DNA of 64,000 nucleotides from Gemmatimonadota bacterium (lineage in GTDB: Bacteria > Gemmatimonadota > Gemmatimonadetes > Gemmatimonadales > GWC2-71-9): the NCBI GenBank assembly GCA_036679605.1, contig JAZDCZ010000251.1, forward strand, positions 1-64,000, in the 5' to 3' direction. The notes below the pieces were generated by a model, which saw only the letters and a program-made list of their open reading frames with translations, was not told the origin of the DNA and made no database searches. Shown here piece after piece: positions 30,739-39,762 of this stretch (position 1 is the first letter of the stretch; each line of letters begins with the position of its first letter). A program made the position numbers and the translations under genes.

Positions 30739-32550
30739 ATGATTCCGTTTTGCAACAACAGGTCTAGTGTTCGGTTGGGACCGACCCTGTCGTCCATCGT
30801 CTTGCTAGGCGTGGGGTCGACCCTTCCGAGCTTTGCGGTAACCGACAAGTATTTCGAGTTCGCCGCTTCCCAACAAGGTGGTGAATCGGTGGCGGCTCTC
30901 TTGGCTGCAGCCCGAACGGCCGACCCAATCCTGTGCGAGGTCGCGGCACGCACCATCGATTTTCAAAACTATACGACCATCCGCCCCCCTGTCGCATACG
31001 ATTTACGACCCAGTAAATCCCAAGCGGCGGCCACGGCCGCATGGGTGGTCAACCGCATCGATGGCCCGGAAGCAATAGACGAACTCGCGTCGGCGCTGTC
31101 TGATGACAATCCCTGCGTGCGCAGTCTCGCCGGCCGTCTGCTGGCTCGGATCGATCATCCGGACGCCACCGAGGCATTGCTCGAGACCGCTAGACATGGC
31201 GGAACAGGGCGTGAGATGGCCGTCGTCGGACTTGGCATCCGCGGAGAGCGAAGAGCGCTTCCGTTGTTACTCGATGCGATTGCTGATGGCGCACCAGGCG
31301 TCCGAGTGGCCGGAGCGTGGGCGCTGGGTCGTGTACGCTCGCGGGATGTGGTGGACCCGCTCATCCGACTGCTCGGTGACGAGAATTCGGACGTACGCAT
31401 CGCGGCCAGCGGGGCGCTCGGTGCCGCAAAGGCGGTGGGCGCTATCGAAACACTTGCCCGCATGATGCAGCGGGACGAAGCCGCTGCACGGTCTGCCGCG
31501 GCATTGGCCCTGGGTCGAATCGATAGTCGGCGAGCCGTGCCTCAACTCATCGCAGCGCTCGACGATGACGTTCCGGCAGTGCGCATCGAGGTCGCGCGCG
31601 CGCTCGGGCGAATCGACGATCCGCGAGCACTCGACCCTCTGGTGAGAGTGTTGGAGGATGTCGAGCCGGATGTACGACGGGTGGCTGCTTGGGGTTTGGG
31701 TCAAATCGAGAGTGTGCGCGCGCTGGAACCGCTTGCTCGAGCGTTCGGCGACCGCGACCGGCGTGTGCGTCGATCCGTAGCTACTGCACTGGGGAGGATC
31801 GACGACATTTCGGGCGCGCCCTACCTGGAGCGTGCGTTGGGTGACGCCGACCCCCAGGTGCGACGCGCTAGTGCAAGAGCATTGGGCCAGATCGATGCTC
31901 AGCGTTCGGCCGAGCCGTTGGCCACAGCGCTAGACGATTCTGACGTACCTGTGCGCCTCGCGGTCATCACGGCGCTCCGACAGATAGGCGCAACTTCGGT
32001 CGTGAGTCCGCTCACCCGCGCCACTCAGAACGATGATTATCGCGTCCGAGTCGCTGCTGTCCGAGCCCTTGGGAGCCTGCACGACAGGCGCGGCCTCGCT
32101 GCAGTGACCGCAGCTCTGTCAGACCCCAATGTCAGCGTGCGCAGGGTCGCCGCCGTTGCGATCAGGCCTTTCAAGAGTCCCCAGTCGCTTGCGCCATTGT
32201 TGGCTGCCTTGCGCGATGACGACGCCGAGGTTCGCCGTCAAGCTGCCCGCGCTTTAGGCGAACTCAAGGATCGTCGTGCGACTGACGGACTGATGACTGC
32301 GTTGCAGGACGCCAGTTCGCAGGTGCGTAGCGCTGCAGCGGGTGCCCTTGGACAGGTGCGCGATCCGGCCGCCATCCGCGGGCTGAGTCGCGCGTTGTCC
32401 GACGAGAGCGAGCTGGTGCGCCGTGGCGCCGTCCGTGCGCTGTCTCAAATGAAAGACGCTACTGCTACTCAGGCTCTCATTGCAGCGCTTGAAGACAGCG
32501 ACGCAGAGGTGAGACGTCGGGCGGCACGTGCCTTGGGACGCAGACCGTAG
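30739..32550 (+). CDS. Probably exported HEAT-repeat protein
   Basis: Hydrophobic N-terminus followed by about 15 ~31-aa repeats of L..ALxDxDxxVRxxAAxALG. Confidence 0.88.
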   Translation: MIPFCNNRSSVRLGPTLSSIVLLGVGSTLPSFAVTDKYFEFAASQQGGESVAALLAAARTADPILCEVAARTIDFQNYTTIRPPVAYDLRPSKSQAAATAAWVVNRIDGPEAIDELASALSDDNPCVRSLAGRLLARIDHPDATEALLETARHGGTGREMAVVGLGIRGERRALPLLLDAIADGAPGVRVAGAWALGRVRSRDVVDPLIRLLGDENSDVRIAASGALGAAKAVGAIETLARMMQRDEAAARSAAALALGRIDSRRAVPQLIAALDDDVPAVRIEVARALGRIDDPRALDPLVRVLEDVEPDVRRVAAWGLGQIESVRALEPLARAFGDRDRRVRRSVATALGRIDDISGAPYLERALGDADPQVRRASARALGQIDAQRSAEPLATALDDSDVPVRLAVITALRQIGATSVVSPLTRATQNDDYRVRVAAVRALGSLHDRRGLAAVTAALSDPNVSVRRVAAVAIRPFKSPQSLAPLLAALRDDDAEVRRQAARALGELKDRRATDGLMTALQDASSQVRSAAAGALGQVRDPAAIRGLSRALSDESELVRRGAVRALSQMKDATATQALIAALEDSDAEVRRRAARALGRRP

Positions 32551-32607
32551 AATCGATACTGGACCGCGACGCCCGAAGGTTTAGGGCAAGGCTATAACGC
32601 TGACAAT

Positions 32608-33357
32608 TCATTTCCGGATCGATATCTTCTTTAGCAGGATTTCGACATCAGTGCACCGCGGCATATTTTTCTCGGTGGTTTCTTGATGGACGACTCCGGA
32701 GGTGGCGTCACGAACGTTCCGAGTGATCAGCACTACCTTGCTGGCATCGCAGGCCCGGAACCGACCGTCCAGGCGGTCGCCCATGGACTTGAAACTGTAA
32801 GCGCCGCAGAGGAGACGCCCGTTCTTAAACACGTCTCTGCACTCTACCACATCCCCGTTGTCGGCAACTACGGTGTCTCGCGTAGATCGTGTGTTCGGCG
32901 CGTGGACTAGGAGGACCCCTTTCGTTCCCACTCCAACAACCTGCCATTCATAGACGCCCGCGAATCTGCCCTTGCCGGACCCTGATAGCTCTGTGACGTG
33001 ATCTGTCCACCGATCCAAGAAGCCCTCGATTACGCTACTGCCATCCGGCACAAGCCGCACGGTGAACTCGACTGTCTCATTTCCCTTCACCTTCATCGGC
33101 TGTGAGTCCCACGTGGGGAAACCCGCACCGCCAACACGCAGGGTGTAGGTCCCGGGCTCGGGACACATCAAGGTGTACGCTCCGTCCTGATCGGTCAGGT
33201 ACCCGCGTTTGATGGCGCCGTTCTTGTCGATCAGCACGACAGAAGCGTCAGCCACCGGCAATTTGGTGGCAGAGTTCAGAATGACACCCTTTATGGTCTG
33301 TGCATTCAAGGATGGAACCAACGTAACGAGGACCAGGACCGACGTAATGACCCGCAT
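32608..33357 (-). CDS. Secreted protein with carboxypeptidase-regulatory-like N-terminal domain
   Basis: Signal peptide, QTIKGVI...PVADASV...TDQDGAY...PGTYTLRV. RBS GGAGG. Confidence 0.75.
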   Translation of the reverse strand: MRVITSVLVLVTLVPSLNAQTIKGVILNSATKLPVADASVVLIDKNGAIKRGYLTDQDGAYTLMCPEPGTYTLRVGGAGFPTWDSQPMKVKGNETVEFTVRLVPDGSSVIEGFLDRWTDHVTELSGSGKGRFAGVYEWQVVGVGTKGVLLVHAPNTRSTRDTVVADNGDVVECRDVFKNGRLLCGAYSFKSMGDRLDGRFRACDASKVVLITRNVRDATSGVVHQETTEKNMPRCTDVEILLKKISIRK

Positions 33358-33644
33358 GGCTCACCTCCAGCTCGGCCCAATATGAGACGGCATTTCGGGA
33401 TTGGCAAGTTGCCCACCTCAACGGCTTTTTGAGAGGGGCGGGAATTGTTGCGAACTCCTTGCGATCCTAGGTACGGCACCTCATGTTCGATCCTATTGGA
33501 AGACATCTACATCGGTGGTCCCTTGGACCCCGCCGCCGCACTGACGATGGTGTAGGACGCCACTGTATGACGCCCCGCTAACCGCCCGCCCGACGACGAG
33601 ATCGCTGAACCATCTGACATCTTGCTCCGGGAGGGTCAAATACG

Positions 33645-33899
33645 ATGACTGCCACAAAGTCTCGCGACACACCCGTCACGTTTTCGCGCCAGCACACAGC
33701 GCACATCCACGAGCTGATTGTGACGCCGGGGGCCCTGCTTCTCTGCCCGAGATGCGGCGACGCCTTAGAGATGGGTGAGCCGCTCGCCGGTGGGCACAGC
33801 GTCATGACGATATGGGAAGTGAAGTGTGCCAACTGCCACCGGAGCGCTGTTATCCGTGACTTGCCAGACAGGGTCAGTCGAAGCCGACAGCCCCACTAG
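33645..33899 (+). CDS. Small Zn-ribbon hypothetical protein
   Basis: RBS GGAGGG. CPRC...CANC. Confidence 0.65.
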   Translation: MTATKSRDTPVTFSRQHTAHIHELIVTPGALLLCPRCGDALEMGEPLAGGHSVMTIWEVKCANCHRSAVIRDLPDRVSRSRQPH

Positions 33900-33943
33900 A
33901 CCCCAACAGACCAGGAAGGGTCCTATTCGTTTGGGACGAGCCC

Positions 33944-35398
33944 TTAGTGGGTCGTGGCGGCGCCGAGATCCACCATCTTAGGACCACCTACAGACGCCAC
34001 CAGGGGCGCAGTCTTGAGATTCCGGATCTTCTTAAGATCCTTTGTGATGCGCCAGGCAGCGTCGGAGATCTCCTGTGCCAGCTCCCTCTGCTCCTCCGTC
34101 AGCGAACCTTCGGAAACCAGGCTTTGGCTGTTGGTCAGGATAGTGGTGAGTTCGTTATTGACATGATGCTTCATGGTCAGGGCTATCTGCAAGATAGCCT
34201 CCATTCTCCGGGCTTCTCGAAGCGCATCCTCCGCCTGCTTCCGATCTGTAGTATCACGAATATGCACGAGGACTCCTGAAACCGAGCCATCGGCGTCGTA
34301 GAAAGGGTCATATCGCGCATCCGCATGCCGATGCCCTAAAACGGGCAAGTCCCACCAGAACTCGAAATTCATCCGTTCCCCAGCCAGACAGCGATCCATG
34401 TTGGGCTTTGCCGTAGTCTCGAAAAACTTCTCTCCCAGCACCGAGGCTACAGTGTGTCCAAGAACCTCCTCGTGGGTCTTCCCGAGAGCCTCGCAGTAGG
34501 CCGGGTTAACCGCCTGATAGGTGTACGTAGAATCAACGAACACCATGAGATCCCTGCTGGCGGATACCATAGACTCATACTTCCGCAGCGCCTCCTCTGC
34601 CCGCCTGAGTTCGGTGACGTCACGAACAACAGCAAGCGCAAGCTCATCATCCAGCTTGTTGAACCTGACGTGCACGGGAAATGTGCTGCCGTCTTTCCGC
34701 CTATTCGTTCCATGCACTTCCACTACCTGCCCTATCTCCATCTCATCATAGACATTCCTCACCTGCTCGTGCAGTGGCCCGTCGATCTCAAGGTCGAGAA
34801 TGTTCATCTTCAAGAACTCTTCTCGACTGTACCCGTAATTAGCACACGCACGGTCGTTGACCTCGGTGAAGACAAAGTCGTCCATGCGACTGACAAAAAT
34901 CGGACAAGGAAACTCGTTGATCAGCGTTCGGTACTTGTTCTCGCTACGCCGCAGCACCTCCTCCGACCACTTGCGATCGGTGATGTCCTTGATCATCGCC
35001 AAACCGTACAGCGGCTCGCCTTGTTCGTCTCGAACCACCGAGGCAGTAAGGTGAATCCAGATTATGTCTTGACCCTTCGTGACGTAGCGTTTCTCGATGT
35101 GGTAAAACGGTATCTCCCCGCGGAACAGTTGTTCCGCCTGCTCAACGTCCTTCGCTAGATCCTCTGGGTAGGTAATATCAGGGAACCCCAGTTGCGTAAG
35201 CTCCGTCTCAGTGTATCCAACCATCTCGCAGAGCCTGTTGTTGACTTGCAAAAAGCGGTAATCCTGCCCCACGAGCGCCATTCCAAGCGGCCCCTCCTCG
35301 AAAATCCGCCGAAAACATTCCTCGCTCTCCCCCAGCTTCCTCACCATTCGCTCAGTAGCTTCTCTGAATTGCTCCTTGCTGTCGCGTACATCTCGCAT
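33944..35398 (-). CDS. Triple-PAS protein ending in a DHp (HisKA-like) hairpin without an ATPase domain
   Basis: PAS/PAC units (DITDRK, RDVTE, RDTTDRK). H-box-like KHHVNNELTTI, with a stop about 70 aa later. Confidence 0.82.
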   Translation of the reverse strand: MRDVRDSKEQFREATERMVRKLGESEECFRRIFEEGPLGMALVGQDYRFLQVNNRLCEMVGYTETELTQLGFPDITYPEDLAKDVEQAEQLFRGEIPFYHIEKRYVTKGQDIIWIHLTASVVRDEQGEPLYGLAMIKDITDRKWSEEVLRRSENKYRTLINEFPCPIFVSRMDDFVFTEVNDRACANYGYSREEFLKMNILDLEIDGPLHEQVRNVYDEMEIGQVVEVHGTNRRKDGSTFPVHVRFNKLDDELALAVVRDVTELRRAEEALRKYESMVSASRDLMVFVDSTYTYQAVNPAYCEALGKTHEEVLGHTVASVLGEKFFETTAKPNMDRCLAGERMNFEFWWDLPVLGHRHADARYDPFYDADGSVSGVLVHIRDTTDRKQAEDALREARRMEAILQIALTMKHHVNNELTTILTNSQSLVSEGSLTEEQRELAQEISDAAWRITKDLKKIRNLKTAPLVASVGGPKMVDLGAATTH

Positions 35399-35525
35399 CG
35401 CCTAGGTCCTCACGAGTCAGGTCGTCTGGCGTAGGTTGTTGTAGAAAAGGACCCACCAGCCACGTCGCTGGGGTCTCTCGGCCACGTCGTCGGGCTGGCA
35501 CCGCAGCCCTCTAGTTTATGTCTGA

Positions 35526-35609
35526 TGCCCGAGGAGAGAATCGAACTCTCACCCCATTGCTGGGACGGGATTTTGAGTCCCGCGCGTCTACCAATTCCAC
35601 CACTCGGGC
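35526..35609 (-). tRNA. tRNA-Leu(CAA)
   Basis: Minus strand gcccgagtggtggaattggtagacgcg-cggga-ctCAAaa-tcccg, long variable arm, gagagttcgattctctc-ctcgggca. CCA not encoded. Confidence 0.96.
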
Positions 35610-35699
35610 TTGAGTGGAGAAGTATAGCCGAGTTGAAGCGCGGAGGGCAGACCGCGTGGGCCGGTGCGGCGGCTGTCACACATCGAGAGCGGAGCACGT

Positions 35700-35862
35700 T
35701 CACGGTTCGTATCTACGACTGGTCTCCCTACCAGAGCGACTCGTCGATTCGTTGCTGATCAGCAATAGCCTCATCGAACTCCGGGTCTTCGCGCCACGTG
35801 CCGCAAAACTCATCCAGCGCTCGGTACCGGATAGACTCTTCACCCCCTAAGCCTGGCTTCAT
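35700..35862 (-). pseudogene. Remnant of an older vapBC-type module (antitoxin C-half plus toxin first strand)
   Basis: 35862-35728 reads MKPGLGGEESIRYRALDEFCGTWREDPEFDEAIADQQRIDESLW*. An overlapping frame then reads GRPVVDTNR, like a PIN start. Confidence 0.65.
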
Positions 35863-36152
35863 CTGCCCCGGCTACGTTTGGACTTCTTCCTCTCAGAGAC
35901 CCGCCGAGCCCGCAACGGCCACTCGTCGCCCGGCAATGGCGGCCGGTCCGGGACACGATCAAGAACCTCCAGATAGTCCGCGCGACGACCCCGGCGGCCC
36001 CGCTCCTCGAGATAATCCACAGTCATGAGCGCCGCCGCCTTCTCTGCCACCGCAACCGCAATGAACTGATTGATCGAAACATCGTCTTGCGCAGCAAGTT
36101 CGCGCACTTTTGCATGCAATGAATCCGGCAACCGCAAACTCAGCGTACTCAT
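35859..36152 (-). CDS. Ribbon-helix-helix (HicB-like) antitoxin
   Basis: MSTLSLRLPDSLH...DVSINQFIAVAVAEK...L.RVPD.PP.PGDE. RBS GGAGG. Confidence 0.88.
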   Translation of the reverse strand: MSTLSLRLPDSLHAKVRELAAQDDVSINQFIAVAVAEKAAALMTVDYLEERGRRGRRADYLEVLDRVPDRPPLPGDEWPLRARRVSERKKSKRSRGR

Positions 36153-36153
36153 C

Positions 36154-36567
36154 TCAACCTCCCAGTGCCAAGAGGAACTCACGCGGCGTCATGACGTCAA
36201 GCTCAAACTCTGCAGCCTCAGAGAAGTCACGGACGTTGAACGTCACGATGTATCGACACCCCGCAGCCACGGCTAACTCGAGCACCATCTCGTCCTGAGG
36301 ATCCCTTAAGCTGGGCCGCCACAGAAAGTGAATGGCCCGCTTGTCTCCGATGCGGCAGAGATGGTCCACCAAACCCGTGATCTGGCGAACGGACAATCTC
36401 AACCGGCGCGCCTCACGTCGCAGCACGGCCTCGTATTCCAATACTAAAGGCACAGATAATACTGGCTGCACCGAACGCCCGAGCAGCCGCAGCAGGTAGT
36501 GAGACGCCCCGGTGAGTGAACCTAGGCCCGCCACCAGAACGTTTGTGTCTACCACGGCCCGCGTCAT
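36154..36567 (-). CDS. PIN-domain toxin
   Basis: VVDTNVLV, SVPLVLEYE, WRP.LRDP.DEMVLELAV, TFNVRDF. Confidence 0.92.
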   Translation of the reverse strand: MTRAVVDTNVLVAGLGSLTGASHYLLRLLGRSVQPVLSVPLVLEYEAVLRREARRLRLSVRQITGLVDHLCRIGDKRAIHFLWRPSLRDPQDEMVLELAVAAGCRYIVTFNVRDFSEAAEFELDVMTPREFLLALGG

Positions 36568-36571
36568 TGTG

Positions 36572-36604
36572 TAGTATCATATACGATACTATATTATTAG
36601 GCAA
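36572..36604 (-). promoter_or_regulatory. TA promoter and palindromic operator, probably leaderless
   Basis: Minus strand TTGCCT, 17 bp, TATGAT ending 8 nt before the ATG. Inverted repeat TAGTATC-N6-GATACTA at 36572-36591. Confidence 0.75.
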
Positions 36605-36676
36605 GGTGGGGGTTATCTCCTGCACCTGACTGGTCGGTGGGATTCGTGAATGAGGAAAGCCTCGGCTAACAGATCC

Positions 36677-37183
36677 TCATCGGATCGGCGACGGCCGGCG
36701 CTGCGGCGCGCCACCCGGCCGGCGCGCCCTGCCCCGCCTTACCTGCTCTATGTTCTGTTGGAACCGCCTCATCAGCAGAACGAGCTGCGCCCGTTGCACC
36801 GGCGTCAAGAACTCAGAATAGGCCTGTTGGTCGGCCTTGCTGAGTTCCAACAACTCCGTCTGCACCGCGGTCAATGAATCGATGAGCCCAGCAACACTGT
36901 CGCTATTAGCAGCCACACCAGGTCGCATCTGCTGTTCCAGCGCCATCAGGAAAGCACGTTCGCGACGCTGTATCTGTGTGCGCTTTTGAAAAGAGTTCGC
37001 GGTCACATCGCGAAATTTCTCGAACTCCTCGTCCGACAACCCAGCCTGGGTCCGGTAGTTGCGCTGCAATCGCTCCATCACCTGCTGCATTAGGAGTTGT
37101 CGTTGACGGCCGGGCTCTTGAGCCGAGGCCGAACCAGAGAACATAGCGGCGAAAATTGCCGCCAACCAAAACTTCCGCATCAT
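36677..37183 (-). CDS. Periplasmic Spy/CpxP-like helical protein
   Basis: Signal peptide (ASA-Q), GLSDEE and LTPVQRAQL motifs. Confidence 0.75.
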   Translation of the reverse strand: MMRKFWLAAIFAAMFSGSASAQEPGRQRQLLMQQVMERLQRNYRTQAGLSDEEFEKFRDVTANSFQKRTQIQRRERAFLMALEQQMRPGVAANSDSVAGLIDSLTAVQTELLELSKADQQAYSEFLTPVQRAQLVLLMRRFQQNIEQVRRGRARRPGGAPQRRPSPIR

Positions 37184-37587
37184 CCCTCCATTGTGCGAAG
37201 CAACTCTTCGAGCTGGCCTTCAGTCAAGTTTTCTAGGTTCGCGGCCAACTCGTAGACCGGTGCGTACACTTCCAATGAATCGAACACTTCCTCCAACTCC
37301 TCTACCTCCAATGCTCGCAACTCTACAGGCACCGCGACATCTGATAGTGTTATCACATCGCGATCAATTTGACCACGAACAAGAACTCCTACGGTCAGCA
37401 ATATCATCGCAGCAGCAGCAGTCGCCTGCAAAACTCTCATCCTGCGCCACCAAACTACCGGGGCTGGCTCTGCCCTGAGCCGGGCAACCACCGCCTGGAC
37501 GGTACGCTCGACATCCAACCGCTCGGCAGCAACCCTGCCCAGCCTCTTGGCAACTCGCTCTAGCTCTCGCTCATCCATTTCCATCAA
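37180..37587 (-). CDS. Putative single-TM anti-sigma factor
   Basis: Immediately after the ECF sigma gene. WW...AAAAMILL TM segment and acidic C-terminus. Confidence 0.65.
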   Translation of the reverse strand: MMEMDERELERVAKRLGRVAAERLDVERTVQAVVARLRAEPAPVVWWRRMRVLQATAAAAMILLTVGVLVRGQIDRDVITLSDVAVPVELRALEVEELEEVFDSLEVYAPVYELAANLENLTEGQLEELLRTMEG

Positions 37588-37638
37588 AACCTCTCTCCTC
37601 CCGCCCTGTTTCTTCCGCCCAGTCCTACCGCCCTTTTT

Positions 37639-38199
37639 CTACCGCCCTTTTATCACCTTTTTGAGTCGCTTGACAGCATGATGGTAATGCACTCTCGCCG
37701 CCCCCACAGACGTGCCCAACCCCTCAGCTATCTCTTCGTATTCCAATCCCTGCTGCGCTCTCAGCAGAAAGACATCTCGTTGCATCGGTGGCAGACTCTG
37801 CACACCCGCCCGCAGTCGCTCCTCGAGATCGCGCTCCACCGTCGCCGCATGCGGATCACTACCCTCGTCCACCACATCCCTATCGTCCAGCGCCACGACG
37901 GGCCGCCTCAGATACTGGCGCCTCATGTCCTTCAGCGCGTTCGACCCAATCGCCAACAACCAGGTGCGAAAACTGGCCGTCCCACGGTAACTATCGATGC
38001 GGCGGAACGCCCTAAAAAACGCCTCCTGCACCAGGTCGTCCACGTCATCACCGGCTCCGGCACCACCTAGGTACCGCGCCAAGGCCGGAGCGTGGCGTCG
38101 CACCAATTCCGCCGCTGCCTCCTCGTCTCCGTCCCGCCAACGACCAATAAGGTCGGCGTCGGTAGGCTGCTCCGCAGCCCTAGTCACCTGCACACCCAA
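37639..38199 (-). CDS. ECF RNA polymerase sigma factor
   Basis: DDLVQEAF, FRTWLLAI..N, LP..QR.VFLLR...GLEYEEIA..LG. Confidence 0.93.
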   Translation of the reverse strand: MGVQVTRAAEQPTDADLIGRWRDGDEEAAAELVRRHAPALARYLGGAGAGDDVDDLVQEAFFRAFRRIDSYRGTASFRTWLLAIGSNALKDMRRQYLRRPVVALDDRDVVDEGSDPHAATVERDLEERLRAGVQSLPPMQRDVFLLRAQQGLEYEEIAEGLGTSVGAARVHYHHAVKRLKKVIKGR

Positions 38200-38257
38200 G
38201 TAGACGGTTCATATGCCCCTAATGTTAAGGCCCGCACAGCGAAATCCCGCCCCTCCC

Positions 38258-38303
38258 TTGCTCTTTATTAAAGATCCCTTTAGAATACTCGAACGAACGT
38301 TCG
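38258..38303 (+). promoter_or_regulatory. Promoter of the catabolic operon with PaaR-type operator
   Basis: TTGCTC (38258-63), 17 bp, TAGAAT (38281-86). CGAACGAACGTTCG at 38290-38303 fits CNAACGNNCGTTNG. Confidence 0.82.
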
Positions 38304-38322
38304 AATGACCAGGAGCGGAACC

Positions 38323-38928
38323 ATGGTTTCCATGCCCTACGATGATCGTCGCGAACACTTGCTGAGCACAGCGGCCCAGGTCTTCGCCAAATGCGGATTC
38401 CACGCAACGACCATGCGCGATCTCGCGCGGGCCACGGGCATGAGCCTGGCCGGCATGTACCACTACGTGACCGGAAAGGATGAGCTGCTCTACCAGATCC
38501 AAGAGCGCTGCTTTACCAGAGTGACCAAGGGGGCTATCGGGGCGGTGGCGGAAGGCGTGGACGCAACCGACCGACTGGACCGCTTCATTCGACATCACGT
38601 CATTTTTTTTGCCGAACACATGAACGAGATGAAGGTCCTATCTCACGAGGCGGAGAGCTTGACCACCAAGCATCGGAAAAAGATCGATCGGCTGAAGCGC
38701 CGTTATGTAGACCTCCTCCTTAAATTGATTCAGGACACGGGTGCATGCCCGCCTCAGCTCGACGAAAGGGTTGCAACCTACGCGCTGTTCGGCATGATGA
38801 ATTGGATCTACACATGGTACGATCCTGCTGGACCTATCCCGCCGCGGGACTTGGCGGACCAACTGGCAACGCTGTTCGTTAACGGAATGCAGACAGCGAT
38901 ACCTTCTTCGCAATCGTTCGGAGGATGA
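38323..38928 (+). CDS. TetR-family repressor (PaaR/KstR2-like)
   Basis: AAQVF...GFHATTMRDLA...MYHY..GKDELL, ALFGMMNWIYTWY. AGGAG RBS 7 nt before ATG 38323. Confidence 0.92.
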   Translation: MVSMPYDDRREHLLSTAAQVFAKCGFHATTMRDLARATGMSLAGMYHYVTGKDELLYQIQERCFTRVTKGAIGAVAEGVDATDRLDRFIRHHVIFFAEHMNEMKVLSHEAESLTTKHRKKIDRLKRRYVDLLLKLIQDTGACPPQLDERVATYALFGMMNWIYTWYDPAGPIPPRDLADQLATLFVNGMQTAIPSSQSFGG

Positions 38929-38934
38929 TTCGAT

Positions 38935-39762
38935 ATGGCTACCACAGCTACACCCAAGACTGAGACCGCAGGCGATGCGGCAACGCTCGTCAAGTACCGC
39001 GTGCAAGACAGGATGGCAATCATGGAGTTGAGCGATCCACCAGCCAACACCTATACGCACGAGATGATGTGTCAGCTCGACACAGCGATCCTCAAGGCGC
39101 GGATGGATGACGATGTCGAGGTTATCGTGCTGCGCGGCGAGGGCGACAAGTTCTTCTCGGCCGGTGCCAACATCCAGATGCTGTGCGAAGTAACTCCGCG
39201 CTTCAAGTATTTCTTCTGCCTCCACGCCAACGAGACTCTGAACCGATTCGAGCACACACCCAAGCTCGTGATCGCGGCGCTCAACGGACACACGGTGGGA
39301 GGCGGCCTCGAGATCGCCATGGCGTGCGACATCAGACTGGCACGCAAGGATTCCGGCAAGATCGGTCTCCCCGAAGTCAACCTCGGCGTACTCCCGGGTA
39401 CCGGCGGCACACAACGGCTCGCCCGCCTCATCGGCAAGTCCCGCTCGATGGAGATGATGGTGACCGGTGAGGTCTTCTCGTTCGAGAAAGCCCAGGAGAT
39501 CGGCCTCGTCAACGAGATATTTCCCAAAGACACCTTCTGGGACGACGTATTGATGTACGCCAAACAGTTCTGCACTCCCAACAAAGCCGCGAAGGCGGTC
39601 GGTCATATCAAGCGCGCGGTCTGCTCCGGTCTTGAAGTCCCATTTGAGAGCGGACTCGCGATAGAGCGCGAGTTGCAGCAGGGGCTTTTCCAGAGTGAGG
39701 ACGCAAAGGAAGGTCTCGCCGCGTACATCGAGAAGCGTATGGCGGAGTTCAAGGGACAGTAA
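38935..39762 (+). CDS. Crotonase-family enzyme resembling the N-terminal domain of BoxC
   Basis: FSAGANIQML...KYFFCLHANETLNRFE, GGGLE, LPEVNLGVLPGTGG. Confidence 0.85.
   Translation: MATTATPKTETAGDAATLVKYRVQDRMAIMELSDPPANTYTHEMMCQLDTAILKARMDDDVEVIVLRGEGDKFFSAGANIQMLCEVTPRFKYFFCLHANETLNRFEHTPKLVIAALNGHTVGGGLEIAMACDIRLARKDSGKIGLPEVNLGVLPGTGGTQRLARLIGKSRSMEMMVTGEVFSFEKAQEIGLVNEIFPKDTFWDDVLMYAKQFCTPNKAAKAVGHIKRAVCSGLEVPFESGLAIERELQQGLFQSEDAKEGLAAYIEKRMAEFKGQ

Noticed and set aside
29980..32540. Periodic ~93-bp pattern as a DNA repeat array
   Set aside because: Explained by HEAT protein repeats that are diverged at the nucleotide level.
33400..33560. Possible Uma2-like gene remnant (..SILLEDIYIG..)
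   Set aside because: Too short and degenerate to support without a search.
33944..35609. tRNA-Leu as the attachment site of an integrated element
   Set aside because: No integrase, and I found no duplicate of the tRNA 3' end in the window.
38638..39606. 322-aa minus-strand ORF (likewise 55685-56854, 21166-22122, 34454-35158)
   Set aside because: Antisense shadows of well-supported genes in GC-rich DNA.
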